From NCBI RefSeq assembly GCF_006345805.1, contig NW_021833257.1, positions 14,495 through 78,494 on the forward strand: 64,000 nt of DNA, given 5' to 3'. The translations under genes were made by a program, and so were the position numbers. The notes beneath the pieces were generated by a model. It had not been told where the DNA came from. It saw only the letters and a program-made list of their open reading frames with translations, and did not search any database. The DNA comes from Octopus sinensis (lineage: Eukaryota). Shown one piece after another: positions 52,201 to 64,000 of this stretch; within the stretch, counting starts at the first letter, position 1; every line of letters begins with the position of its first letter.

Positions 52201-55200
52201 AGTAAAAGATGTCGTCCCAGTATAATTGATTCCTTTCACAGTGGTCTTACAGTCCAAAACTAATTTAGACAAACTTTAATTAAACCTTGTGAAGCTTTAA
52301 TAGACCTTCCTTTAAATGTAAATATAATATCTCCTTCAGGAGGTAAAGTGGCATTTGAAAGTGACTGACTAAATGTAAAATTTGTCGAAGTGTTATTTTT
52401 TGATTTCTAAATAACATCATCCAGTATAGAGTGTACATTTATAACAGTCATTAATGGTAATTTTCCGAAACATTTATGAAAACTATAAGTAACAGTAATG
52501 CTGTTTTCAAATTTTACGACAGATACAGCTTCAACAGAGTGTTGTCCAAGAACTCGCCTTGTTTTCAAAATTGCTAGCATATTTAAATCACTGAAAAACC
52601 AATTTTATCTAAATTTCTAGCCGTTTTAGACAAAGAAACAAGATCGTAGTAAATAGTTCCATTATTTATTATGTTGATTTTTTTGACTAATACTATTGAA
52701 GATTGTACATTATTCATCAATAAAGTCAAGTCAATGCATTCGTAATTCCAATCACTAAATATAAATTTTATTTATCTGACTGAATTGAATTTTCCAGTGT
52801 TATTTCATACGTATAAGAAACATAGTCTATACTGTTATTGGAATATTCAATTTCTAATTCTTTAGGTGAATAACCATTATATGCAAAGCATAACTATTCG
52901 AATACCAAAAATATAAAACCATTTTAAATATTGCTATATTTGGCTGGTTTTTATCTATTGCGCGAAACATTGATTCCAAATTTTTAAAAGAATACAATCC
53001 ACAGAAGGCGTTTCCAAAGTGGTTTGAATGAGTTATACTCGATTCAAAATCTTCGACATAAAAAACTGAATCTGATTTTTTATTAAAATTTCGTGGACAG
53101 CGATTTCCATATCCGGACAAAATCTTTGCTGAAATCTATAATTTATTTAAAAACTTCTAATTTACTTCTATTTCAGTCAATTGAGATGAAATTGGAGGTA
53201 AATTATATTTTCCTACGTTAAATAGTAAATAAGAATTTCCAGGTGTCCCATTAACAATTTTTTCAATTGAATAATTTTTTATAGAATTATTAATTTCTAC
53301 TATTGTGAATGGCACAAAATTTCCTAGAAATCATAAAAATTAAAATTAACCAAAACAAACAGTAAAATTCAATTTATAACTTGTTCTTGTATTATTATCG
53401 ACATAGTTTTCTACTTTAATATGATAATCGCCAAGGATCGGATGATTGTTAAATTTGTTTTCTAACTCTTGAACCGTATCTTTAGTTCTCAAAATTTCTA
53501 AAATTTCAAAATTTTGAAAGACCGGTTTCAATATCATTGAAATTTATTCTGTATTGAATATTACTTTCATTTTTATTAATAACTATTTGATAAACTTCGT
53601 GTGTCGAATTTTCAGCCGTTTGATTATTAAAAAAATAACGCTATTAATAATAATTCTATTAAATTCATACATGTTTTTCATATTGATAGTTGTAATTGAT
53701 GATTATTTTTTGTTTTTCAGCTACAACTAACTGCAATATTTTGTTAGAATATGGAGATTCAAATAACTTGAACGAAGCTTCAAGTGTTGATTTCCAAATA
53801 TAATTCTTGTATATTCGGAGAAAATATCTAAAGATTCAATTTATAAATATACAAAACCCTTTATTCTTTTGCATATAAAATGATTTGAATAAATAGTCTT
53901 CACAATTTGTCGTCTTAATTTGATAAAAATATAATGAGATACCAAATTTTCAAAAGTAATGCAAAACGAAGATTTGGTATTGTCATTTATATAAAATTTA
54001 TAATGTCCAGTCTTTGGAGGATAAAAATACCCCGATAGCCTAACAACTTTATTTCCATCTGGCAAATGTTCTTTTCCAGATAAAGCTGTTTTGAAATTAT
54101 AACCGGACGGATATGTTGCCGTATAGTTTTTTATTTCATTGTTATTAGAAAAATTTAAAGGGGTGTCCCAATATTCGAGTAAAAATCCTCTACTACCTGA
54201 AATAATTTATTTAGAAAAGAAATAATAAATACCTGCGTATAATTTTCTGAAGTTTAATGTAGATTTTGTCAAACTGCATACAATTGTATCATTTGAAATA
54301 GAATTTATGTTGCATTTTTCTCCTTTGTAATAATGATGTATCAATTCTTACCTCCAACATAAACTTTTGTACTATCATTGTAAAAATATTTTCCAAATAT
54401 TTTTATTTGAGTCCCGCCAAATATACTTCCTTCATTTGGAATGATCGAATTAATTGCTGTAAAAATAAAGATTGTTTAAGAGTTTAAAACTTGCATAAGC
54501 TTCATATTGTCCAAATTGCATGTTGCTGAACAACATCAACGATCCAATATCTGCCTTTGATCTGTTAAAATAATATTTCTGAAAAATTAAATACCTTCCA
54601 TAATATCGATCAATTATAATACTTCCATTAATACCTCCTATTCGCACGTTTGAAAGTTTACACTTAAATTGTCCAAAAAATTTAGATGTAAGATTAAAAT
54701 CGTATCTAATATATCAATAAAAATTGTTGAATACGGTTTGCTTGTAACTGGATCAATTATTTCACAGTTTTTGTTTCCAAAATATATTCTAGGATTATAA
54801 TAACAATAGTTACCTAGTGAACTTTGGAAAAATTTCCTTAGAAACCCCAATTTCGTTATTTAGATAAATCGTTGAATAAAAAGATCCAGAAACAGTTATT
54901 AATTGGTCTGCAATTAGAAAATCAATTGGGAACCTGGTGATCCAGTATTTGGGACTACACTCGTTATTCTTGGTGTGCAACTCCACCGAGACTATAGATT
55001 ATTAAAACAACAAAAAATATAAACAAAAAACATGCAATTGTAAATATGTCTGTTTTGACATATTTGCTCATCCGGAATCCTGATTCCATCAACTTCTACA
55101 TGCAAATAATAGTTTCCAATTTCCATGGGTCTAAAAATAGATAAATTCTAAAAAGTTACTCTGTAAAACAAAAAATTGCTTTACTGTGTGTTAAATCAGT

Positions 55201-55481
55201 ACGGATATTGCATTTATATGATCTGACAGAGGAATATAAATAAACACGATTTCCTATAGTTCCTTGATTTTCAATATTCAAAGTGAATGCTTCATCGGAA
55301 AAGCCTTGAAAATATTTATTCTCTATTTAAACCATCTCCTCTAATCTCAATCAACGTTTCTCCTTCCAAAGATCCGCATCTTGTAATTATACGATCAATT
55401 CGTGGGTTTACTGAGAATTAAATAAAACTATAAACCGCTTTGTTGACATCTCATAAACAAAAACAAAGAGATCAGCATCAT
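40203..55481 (-). CDS. PKHD1L1: Fibrocystin-L-like type I membrane protein (signal peptide, IPT/TIG repeats, PA14, kringle, two G8 domains, PbH1 repeats, C-terminal TM); dozens of micro-introns
   Basis: N-terminal hydrophobic leader then GSLEGETLIEIRGDG. RGFLLEYW and RLSGYFYPPKTGHYKFYI (PA14). Repeated GSIxGGTxIxIxGxGF TIG motifs. G8/PbH1 motifs GQAFRLGRYPIHYH, GGAFFLEDGIETNN and TPAGYWVTHP. TM helix LPLIVGLSVGGVALTGVVGFIVW. The exact 3' end is uncertain. Confidence 0.92.
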
Positions 55482-55689
55482 GATCTGCTAAAAATTTTAA
55501 TTCGAAATTTTTCGTACTATAGAAACAGATTGAACCCTCGCTGACTACTTTAAATACTTTATAAAGTTTATTGAGTTTTTTGGTTTTCTAAAATAAACTA
55601 TTAATGCTAAAATAATTTTAATATTTTAATAATTAAAAAAATGCCATATAGTTTTGATTTTTCATTCTATTAAATTAAATTAGTTTCAG

Positions 55690-56867
55690 TTTCCTTTCCT
55701 CCTGCGAAATCACTTTTCCACCCCTAAGGTCCTTTATACGCTAAGATGTGCACCCTTTTTCCACAGAAGTGACCTCCTATCTGATTTCGATTACATCCTT
55801 AAGCTCAGTATGAACTCCCATACAATCTTGCTTTCGACGATTCTGGCTGGTCTCAGGCGACCTTACCTGTGCGCTGGGGCGGCCTTGGTCTGAGATCCTG
55901 TTTCGATTTGGCTCTTCCGGCTTACCTGTCCTCTCATTCTGACTCCTGCAATCTCTCAGACATCGTTCTCCGAAACCTTCCCAAACGGAAAGTGTCTGCA
56001 GATTTCGTCGTGGCAGGTCTCTTATGGAAGGCCCGGTTTGACTTGAGGCGGCCTGAGTCCGAGGATTACCAGCGCCAGTGGGACGAGAATGTATGTCGGT
56101 CTTTGTACGAAGAACTCACTCCAAAATTTAACCAACACAGGCTCGCCTGCTTTCGTGCAGGCTGTCACCCAGGCAGCGGTGCTTGGATTGATGCCTTCTC
56201 CATTCAATTGGGAACCTCCTGGACTCCAAGTGCCTAAGAATCGCTATCTTCTTACGTGTTGGGCTCAAAATCTGTCAGGCCCACAAATGTCGCTGTGTCG
56301 GAACTGTGGACGAGTTCGGGTTACATCCCCTCTCTTGCCCCCCCAGTGCAGGCCGCGCTCCTCGCCACAGTGAACTGAACGACATCGTGAAAAGTTCTTT
56401 CGAAGCCGCCGGGGTGCCGTCCGTCCTTGAACCTGTCGGTTTGAACAGAGGTGACGGCAAACGCCCTGACGGCTTAAAATCCCTTATATGGGATTCTACC
56501 TGCTGTGACACATTCTCCAATGGGAACCTAGCCATGTCGGCCGTCGACCCAGGCCTTGCTTCCAATCGCGCTGAAGATCTCAAAATTTAGAAGTACGGTC
56601 ACCTCTCTACTTTTGTTTTCACGCCCATCGCCGTTGAGACCTCTGGGGTCTTTGGCTGCAAGTCGCTTTGTTTCCCACGTGGTTTGGAGAGAAGAATCGC
56701 CAAAAGAAGGGACGACCCGAGAGAGTCCTTTTGGCTTCTTCAACGCCTCTCCATTGCCGTAATCTGCGGCAACTGTTTCGCAATTCGTGAGGCTGGGGAG
56801 CGTCCTAAACTGTATAGTCTTAAACAAATTTTCTTCTTTTCTAACTGTCTTTATTGAATAAAAAAAT
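55690..56867 (+). mobile_element. 5'-truncated CRE-like RLE retroelement
   Basis: QATLPVRWGGLGLRS, RHSELNDIVK..AAGVPSVLEPVGLNRGDGKRPDG and WDSTCCDT motifs; A-rich 3' end. Boundaries approximate. Confidence 0.85.
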
Positions 56868-56924
56868 TTACGCTAGCATAACTTTGTCTCCATTTTGTCA
56901 TGTTGGCCCAGTTTGTTTGTAAAA

Positions 56925-57300
56925 GGTCAAGATGAATATAATTTCTGAGATCTATACTCAATAATAAGGAAATCGATCTTCCAAAACATAAGAAGTATCG
57001 ACTGAAAAAGAAAGCAGAAAATTTCCTAATTAAAGAGGGGAAACTATATATTAAAGATGTAAACGGTCTGCACAAGCTCGTAATTCCTTCCACGAGCTTA
57101 AAAGAGATGAAAATAATTGCACGTGAGATTTATGAAGCCAATCATTGTGGACATTATGTAGGCAAAGATTTTTTATATTGAGAAGAGAGATCATTCGCCA
57201 AGTTGTCAAAAAATGCAATTTCTGCAAATTTTCAGTTCCACTAAAACAATATGATAATTCAACAAAGATAAATTCGAATTCAACTTCTCCAAAATTAACT
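56925..57300 (+). mobile_element. Ginger/Gypsy-type integrase N-terminal (HHCC) remnant
   Basis: KYRLKKKAENFLIKEGKLY...ANHCG...VVKKCNFC resembles the ORF of the 4821 element. No termini found. Confidence 0.55.
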
Positions 57301-57655
57301 TGAATTCTCCGTATTATAAGAGAATGAACAGGAAGATGGAAGTACATGTGTCGGGCTTCGCAGCTAACCTGGCCGAAACGCTTAAAATCAAGAAATACAG
57401 TGGATTATCTCACCGTCATATCTTTGCCCCGATTGCTTTACTATGCCCCGATCGCAATTACTTATTAAAGTGGGGGACCTAGCAAGCAGAAGAAGAAATG
57501 ATCATCGGGAACGGACATTGCTTTTTCAACGGATATCAATAGCCATCTTGCGTGGGAATTGCCATTTTATTTTATCCTCTGCTACTAATTAAACACGTGA
57601 TCAGTTGTTACTTCTGAGTTTTTTGTTAATCGACGAAATAGAATTTCGATAAATA

Positions 57656-59126
57656 CAGTAAAACCTCTGGTGCTCGCCACCTCTGTTACTCGCCACCTCT
57701 ATTGCTCGCCACATATTGTTCAAAAAATTAAAAATTTCTAGTAAATTTTGATAAATATTCTATTGCTCGCCATTTTCTAAATCTCGCCATTAATTTTTAA
57801 AAAATTTTTTTTTGGTTAAACTATTTTTTATATAAAAGTTGATCAGAAACAAGAAATTGATGCATTTACTTCTTTGATCTCTGCACAGATTCAACAATAT
57901 AATGCTGAAAACATTTATAACGCTGATGAAACTGGGATTTTTTACAAATCTATCCCTTCAAAAAGTGTTTGTCAAAAGGTTCGATATGGACATAAAATCC
58001 TTAAAGAACGGTTTAATTTTTATTTATTTTTTAGATTTTCTTTGTTGCTATGCTCAAATATGACTGGGACAGACAAAAAATTCCACTTATGATTGGAAAG
58101 TTCCAGAAACCTCGCTGCTTTAAAAAATTTTAAAGTCGAAAATTTTGTCGATTACTGTCATTCATCAAAAGCATGGACGACAAGTAAAATTTTTAACGAA
58201 TGGCTTTTAACATGGGATAGGCATCTAAAAAAACGAAAAATTCTTTTAGTTGTGAATCGATGCCAATCCCATAAACTTTACGCTGATTTAGAGTCAATTG
58301 AAGTTCTTTACCTACCTTCGAAGACTACAACAATTCTACAACCAATGGATCAAGCAATCATTAGATCCTTCAAAGGACATTTTAATAAACTTAAATTTGA
58401 GTTTATGTTAGAAAAAATTGATAATGGAGAAAATCCACTGGAAGCTCATAAAAAATTAATTTTAAAAGACGGTCTTCTTTTTACATATTTTGCCTGGAAA
58501 AAAGTAAAGACCAAAACAATTACAAATTGTTTCGGACATTCAAAATGGATCGAATGTGAAAATCAACTCGAAAGACAAACTGTTGAAATTGATAATTATG
58601 ATCAAATGGTAAATATCTTGAAAATATTGGACCCGGTGGATAAAGATGATTTTATTAATCATGAATTTACCGAAATATATGAAATTGAAGATTACCTTAA
58701 TATTGCTGGAGATTCTTTCCCACAAAAATATGACGATGAAGATACTCATAATGACGAATCTCATGTGAATTCAGAAGAGGCTTTGAAAATGTTGAAAAGA
58801 ATAAAGTCATTCTTTTATCAAAATGAAAATTTTGATATAAATTCGTTGGAACTAATCGACACCGTTATTAGAAATATGGCTGAATTAAAAAAACTATTAA
58901 AGATTTTTTAGTTAATTTTTTCCTTTTAATTTCTGTCGATTCTCTTTGTTGCTTTACTCAAATGTGACTTGGAAGGCTCACTTATGATCGGAAAGTATCG
59001 AAAACCGAGATGTTTTCAAAATTTCAAAGTCAAAAAATTTATTGATTATTTCCGTTGCTCGCCAAATTCTATTGCTCGCCATTTTTTCTTTGGTCCCGAA
59101 AATGGCGAGCACCAGAGGTTTTACTG
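57656..59126 (+). mobile_element. pogo/Tigger-like transposon lacking the N-terminal HTH; DDE ORF 57874-58911 with a 24-nt intron
   Basis: 24-bp TIR CAGTAAAACCTCTGGTGCTCGCCA, TA TSD and (T/A)GCTCGCCA subterminal repeats. Motifs YNADETG, LPSKTTTILQPMDQAII, NCFGHS. Confidence 0.92.
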
Positions 59127-59164
59127 TATGTATTAAACGTAAAATTCGAACAAAATTTAAAATA

Positions 59165-59237
59165 TACCTCGACTGGGAGTTGAACCCAGAACCTCTCGCG
59201 TGTTAGGCGAGCGTGATAACCGCTACACCACCGAGGC
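59165..59237 (-). tRNA. trnV-AAC: tRNA-Val (anticodon AAC)
   Basis: GCCTCGGTGGTGTAGCGGTTATCACGCTCGCCTAACACGCGAGAGGTTCTGGGTTCAACTCCCAGTCGAGGTA: 73 nt, full cloverleaf, T-tract downstream. Confidence 0.95.
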
Positions 59238-59449
59238 TGTAACGTACATGAGGCGATAGTACTCAGTTGAACAAAAACCTTGATTAAAAATGGAAACTAA
59301 AAGGAAGTTTGTGGCAATCTCTGTTTTAAGCGAAGAAGAGAAATTACTGATGACCTGGATTTCTAATTAGATAATTTAAAATAGAATTCACATTTATTGT
59401 ATAATTTGTTGATTTTTTTAAAGATAAAGAAAAACATAAAGAACTTTTT

Positions 59450-60170
59450 GCTAATTTAAATTTGTCGCCGAGCGGATGGATAGAAATTCCCAGGTAATAT
59501 CGCGAACGGCATCCGTTGAAAAAGCCAGCTTGTTTCACGGTCGTCGTGACTCATTTTAGAGATGGATGTACCAATCTCATATTGTAGTTTGAGCGCTTTG
59601 GATCCATTTATCTCACTGATCTTGAAAGCCAGGGGACGAAGCAGCAGGTATCGGTCAATGAGACATATTTTTAGTTTTCCTAAATTTCGCAAAGGCAGAT
59701 GCAGATCCAGGACAAGACAAGAAGCAGAGTCAATCTGCGATGATGAGGAAAATGAATCTACGCAGGTAACATCCCACACCAGGACTGAATGGGAATAAAA
59801 TCGCCAATCAGGGCGTTTTCCGTCCCCACCGGTTCTAAGGGGAATCCAGCGGCGTTAAGCGCGCGCTTCACAACATCATTTAATGAAGAGTGTCTGGGGA
59901 TCTTGTCGGCAACCCCCTCCTGTCGATGACTTTTCCTTCCTTGTACAAAAATATACCGTTTGAGGAGATCGGTAACACATTAAGTTAATCGGCCGAATGA
60001 GGCTGACAAGCACAATTAAAACTGAAACCGGTTGGCCTGTAAGCGGATATTTTCGAGTATGTGCGAGCAATAAATAATATCCCAGTTCCTTTGAACAGAT
60101 GGAATTTCCGGGATTTTAAGCCCCCGAAAACCCACTCGTTGACACCAGCCGCATATTCAAGCAGGAAGAT
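59450..60170 (-). mobile_element. Degenerate CRE-like RLE fragment
   Basis: NDVVKRALNAAG, WDVTCVDSF and WLFQRM motifs. Boundaries approximate. Confidence 0.7.
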
Positions 60171-60179
60171 CAGGAATAT

Positions 60180-60446
60180 TTACATTGAATGGTAATTGAA
60201 AACAGTAAATTCATTTTCAAGCTCATGGGAAATTTCAAAACGCGTCTCAGATTCAGTAGCTTTCGTAACACATGATTTTATAAAATCATCAACACTATAA
60301 GGTTTTAATGCTAACGTTATATCCCGATAAATAACGTAGTTAGCTTTTACAGCTTCCTCACTGTCATCTCGAACTTTATCGAAAGAAGATTGCTGATTAT
60401 GCAAACATGCAAGTAGTGCTTTTCTCGCGGACCGTATCTTTGACAC
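60180..60446 (-). mobile_element. hAT (SPIN/GTF2IRD2-type) transposase fragment
   Basis: LHNQQSSFDK..EEAVKANYVIYRDITLALKPYSVDDFIKSC resembles the Q..F..ASY..A..KPFSDGEFVK.C pattern of that family. Confidence 0.6.
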
Positions 60447-60499
60447 TCCTGGGCAATAGGTTATAAATAATAGCTAGATTTAAATTCTTATTACATTTT

Positions 60500-63400
60500 T
60501 ATTAAGTCCAAAAAGTAATAGATTTTAAAGCCTATTTTTTATGTTTTTGTTTGGTTTTCTTTCCGGTTTCTCTAAATTCATCCACTGAATCGATTTTTAT
60601 CTCTGAAATTTTGTTTATTAATTCAGCGTATTCTTCAGAAGCTAAAACTAAAAAATATCAAAAAAACTGAATGTTTTTTGAAATCTCTCGTCCTTCTTAC
60701 AAAATTCATTTTCATAAATCGAATTTTTTACTAAAATTAATTAACACAATATGACGAATAAACATTGATTAATTTCTTCAATCGGATATGTATCAGTCAA
60801 AAATGTTTCTAAATCAACAAAAATTGTTACTTGTCGAAAATAAAAAATTATCTCCTGAAGTTTCACTATCAAATTCACTGTCAGAGGTCAAAGAAACTAT
60901 TAAATTGTACGCTTGTTTGTATTTAACTTTTAGTAGTTTTTGAAAAGGCTTTTATATCGAATTTTTGATCTTCAGATGACTAGTTAAATAATAAATTAAC
61001 TTCTACGCTGTTCATATTAATTAAATATTTTTGAGATTTTTGAGCGTCAATTTTCTTTTTTTGAAATTCCTGGTCACTTTTTATCGTATAATTTGTTGGA
61101 ATTACCTCTACCCGTTCATCTCCTTTAAGTAATATTTATAGAGAAGACAGACCTAAAGGCAGAATATTTCCATTATTTTTGATAGAAATTGAATTAAAAT
61201 CGAATTGATCTGTTTCAAGAATATTATTTCTTTCTTCGGTAACATTTTCAGTATCCGAAAGTATCGCTTCGATTTTAAAAGTTTCTACAGTTTCTTGTAT
61301 AAATTTGTATGCGTCTAATATTTCTCCTTCCAGTTCTAGACGAATTTGTTCTATTTTTCTATTTTCAGAACGTTTTAATTCTTGTTGAATAGTTTCGTCA
61401 TCAATTTTTGTAAGATTTACAGTGTAAGAAGACTCGTCTGATCATGTAATCAAAAATACCTTTAATATTTCCTAAATCTTTTACTGATACACACATATTT
61501 TTTGCCTCATCTTTCACAAATAAGAAATCAAAATCATCATGGTTGTCATTACGATCTTCAGTGGAATGTAATACTTTTTTGATAATATCGTTTTGTAGAT
61601 TTTCTTTAATAAATTCAACGGCATCGACAATTTCATTTTCTAGCTGTTTCTGGATAGTATGTATCATATCTATCACACATATTTATATCATATTACCAGG
61701 CTCCTCTTTATTTTTGATATCTAAAAATAGTTTTAATAATGAATCAATACTTTCGACCGATATTTTATTAGTAGACGAGTCGATATCAGGCTTATCAATT
61801 ATGGGTTGAGACTTTGTGCGCGTTTTTGATGTTTTAATTGTATTTCTGTCACGCTCTTCTTTCATTTCCCTCCTTTTCTGGATTTCTTCTTCTTTTTTTA
61901 GCATTTTAAGCTTTCTCTTATTTTCTTTTTTTTCGAGTTGAGATTCATATGGGTTATTTGTTTTTTTCTGGATACTTTCAATGTTACAGGTTATATCGAG
62001 AGAAGGTAATGCTTTAACGGTGTCAGTAGGGATTGATTTTTGGGTACTGACGACATCTAATTTATCGGTTTCACGTATTTCTTCAGGCTCTTGAGTCTTA
62101 GTTATATCTTTATTCGTGATATATACATTTTCTGGCACTTTCAAAACTTCAAGCGATACAGCTTTTTCAGATTTTTTGAATTCTTCCACTTTCTGAAGAT
62201 TCGTATTATTAGCATTAGTAGATTTTTTGTTCATTTCTCTGACAACTAATCAAAAATAATAACAATCACGTTTACTTTGACGTAAATTTTCTTTATCTTC
62301 TTTTGATAGTGAAATGGTTGGAAGACCACTGAAATTATAAATATTCTTATTTTCATATATTTTATCAACTTTAAAATAATATTAAATAATCGAAAATGAT
62401 AAATTTAAAAATTATTTACCTCTTTCGGTTTTAAGTAAAACATCATAAACTTTTGTTGGATATATTACCTCGTTACTATGAGCTTAAAATATATTAGATT
62501 TAATCTAACTCAATGTAATTTTCTTTTCAAAATTAATAACATTTTTTTCTGAATTGTTTTCGGATTGTACCTCTATTTCGCCATATCGATTGATTGTTTT
62601 ATTTATTTGATGATTTAATGAATTTGTAATTTTATTCATATCTAATTTAAATATTTATGAAAACTTTTTTGTTTATTTTTTTCAAGTATTTTGTAATAAT
62701 CTTTTAAAAATTGCTCATCATCCCAAATAGATTCAGTTTCTAATTAGTAAAAATGATTTTTATTACTATAAATAATTTTATAATCTTTTTTAGCTTTAGG
62801 AAATTGAGTGACAGCTAAAATTAATCAAATATACAATTACAAAATTTTGATTGTTCAATATTATATTTTTTTTCTTTCTTGATTTTACCTAAAATTTTTT
62901 TTTATTATTACCTTTTGCTTTCTCATTATCTTCTGATAGACCCATTTGTGATATGGGTTCAACTTCTTCAGGCGGAACAACTGTCAATGATTCCTTTCCT
63001 ACTTGAGTTTGAACATTAGACCCTTCAGTATTTTTTTATTTTAATATGAATACTTTGAATGACTAACTTATTATTAAGATTTTGTTTTTCTTTTAATAAT
63101 TTTATTTCTTTATTTGTTTTTTTAAAAGTTTCTATAACATATTACGAAACAATAAAAACCGTTTGCTTCTTTGATAATAAATTCGAAGCATTCATGATAT
63201 GTTACAAAAAATAATGAAAATTGATGAATATCATCTTTTAAACTGGAATCAAATTCTCGAATCAACCCCGAAATTCTATTAAAGCTGAAAGGGGGATAAA
63301 TAAATTTGTATTTTTTGTGAAAAAGACTTGCAGGATGATATTTTGTTGGATAAAGAAAAATAATAGAATCTGGTGAAATAAAATGTTTTGGTCTTATATC

Positions 63401-64000
63401 TCCAGCCTTAAATGTTGAAATCGGGAAAAAAAATGTTGAAATAATTTTAGTGGCTTCAAGATCTTGATAATCATAATAAAAATTTTTAAAAACAGCAATT
63501 TTCTTTTTGTAATAAAATCCATGTAAACTTTTATTTAAAAATGAAGATGGAACTAAATAATATTAATAAGTAATAATGCCTATTTTATTTTTTTCTTTTT
63601 CGATAACCCATAAAACTGAATTATTTAATTCAATAAATGGCATTTTCTTGTCTGATTCTATACCCGAATAAAATTTATCTTTTTCTTCAAGTTTTTTCCG
63701 ATACAAGTTAATAGTATTAGAACCCACAACCACTTGATCAAAAAATGGGTAAATTAAATACAAATCTGGAAAGTTCAAGATTTATTTTACATATGTATAT
63801 TAACGAGTTTTTAATATTCTGTACATATTCAGATTCCTTTTCAACAAAATGAAACATTCCTTCTATAAAACAAAATAAAATCTACCGTCATTTTTCCATC
63901 TGTAAAATGATTTTTCACGGAAATCATAAACACACACTATATATAGTTAATAAATTAAAATACTCAAATAAAATTTATTTTCACGATATTCAATACTCCC
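60500..64000 (-). CDS. Unidentified multi-exon, K/E/N/T-rich protein gene; may extend beyond the window
   Basis: Consecutive minus-strand ORFs (61401-61676, 61683-62234, 63563-63778) separated by short AT-rich gaps. No recognisable domain; extent approximate. Confidence 0.5.

Noticed and set aside
163-55481. Programmed frameshifting or mass pseudogenisation
   Set aside because: The breaks inspected are single-base indels in homopolymers at different positions in copies A and B, and they also occur in the single-copy gene. This is typical of unpolished long-read assembly.

Overview
This is an AT-rich eukaryotic (metazoan-type) window, not prokaryotic. Host genes are split by very short (about 24-30 nt) GT-AG introns and packed among many transposons. 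Positions ~3606-17388 (copy A) and ~23645-39670 (copy B) are two near-identical direct copies of a block carrying NAF1, PRDX6, TTC7 and NAA40. The copies differ by several transposon insertions, four of them with clean filled/empty sites. The window also holds a ~15 kb fibrocystin-L (PKHD1L1) gene that contains a kringle domain, a tRNA-Val(AAC) gene and an unidentified gene at the right end. Mobile elements include Tc1 (x3), pogo, MULE, Merlin, Ginger-like TGT..ACA elements, hAT remnants, two near full-length APE-RT LINEs, several CRE-like RLE retroelement 3' fragments and a tRNA-derived SINE. Many frameshifts fall in homopolymers, even in the single-copy gene, so they look like uncorrected long-read errors and gene intactness cannot be judged reliably. 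The most notable observations are: (1) transposases of four superfamilies carry host-sized micro-introns (five in Merlin); (2) both PRDX6 copies are disabled; (3) the kringle in fibrocystin-L; (4) a probably undescribed SINE; (5) related Ginger-like elements with 5-bp ATAAA target sites and telomere-like internal arrays. All alignments were done by eye and coordinates marked approximate are good to roughly 10-30 bp.
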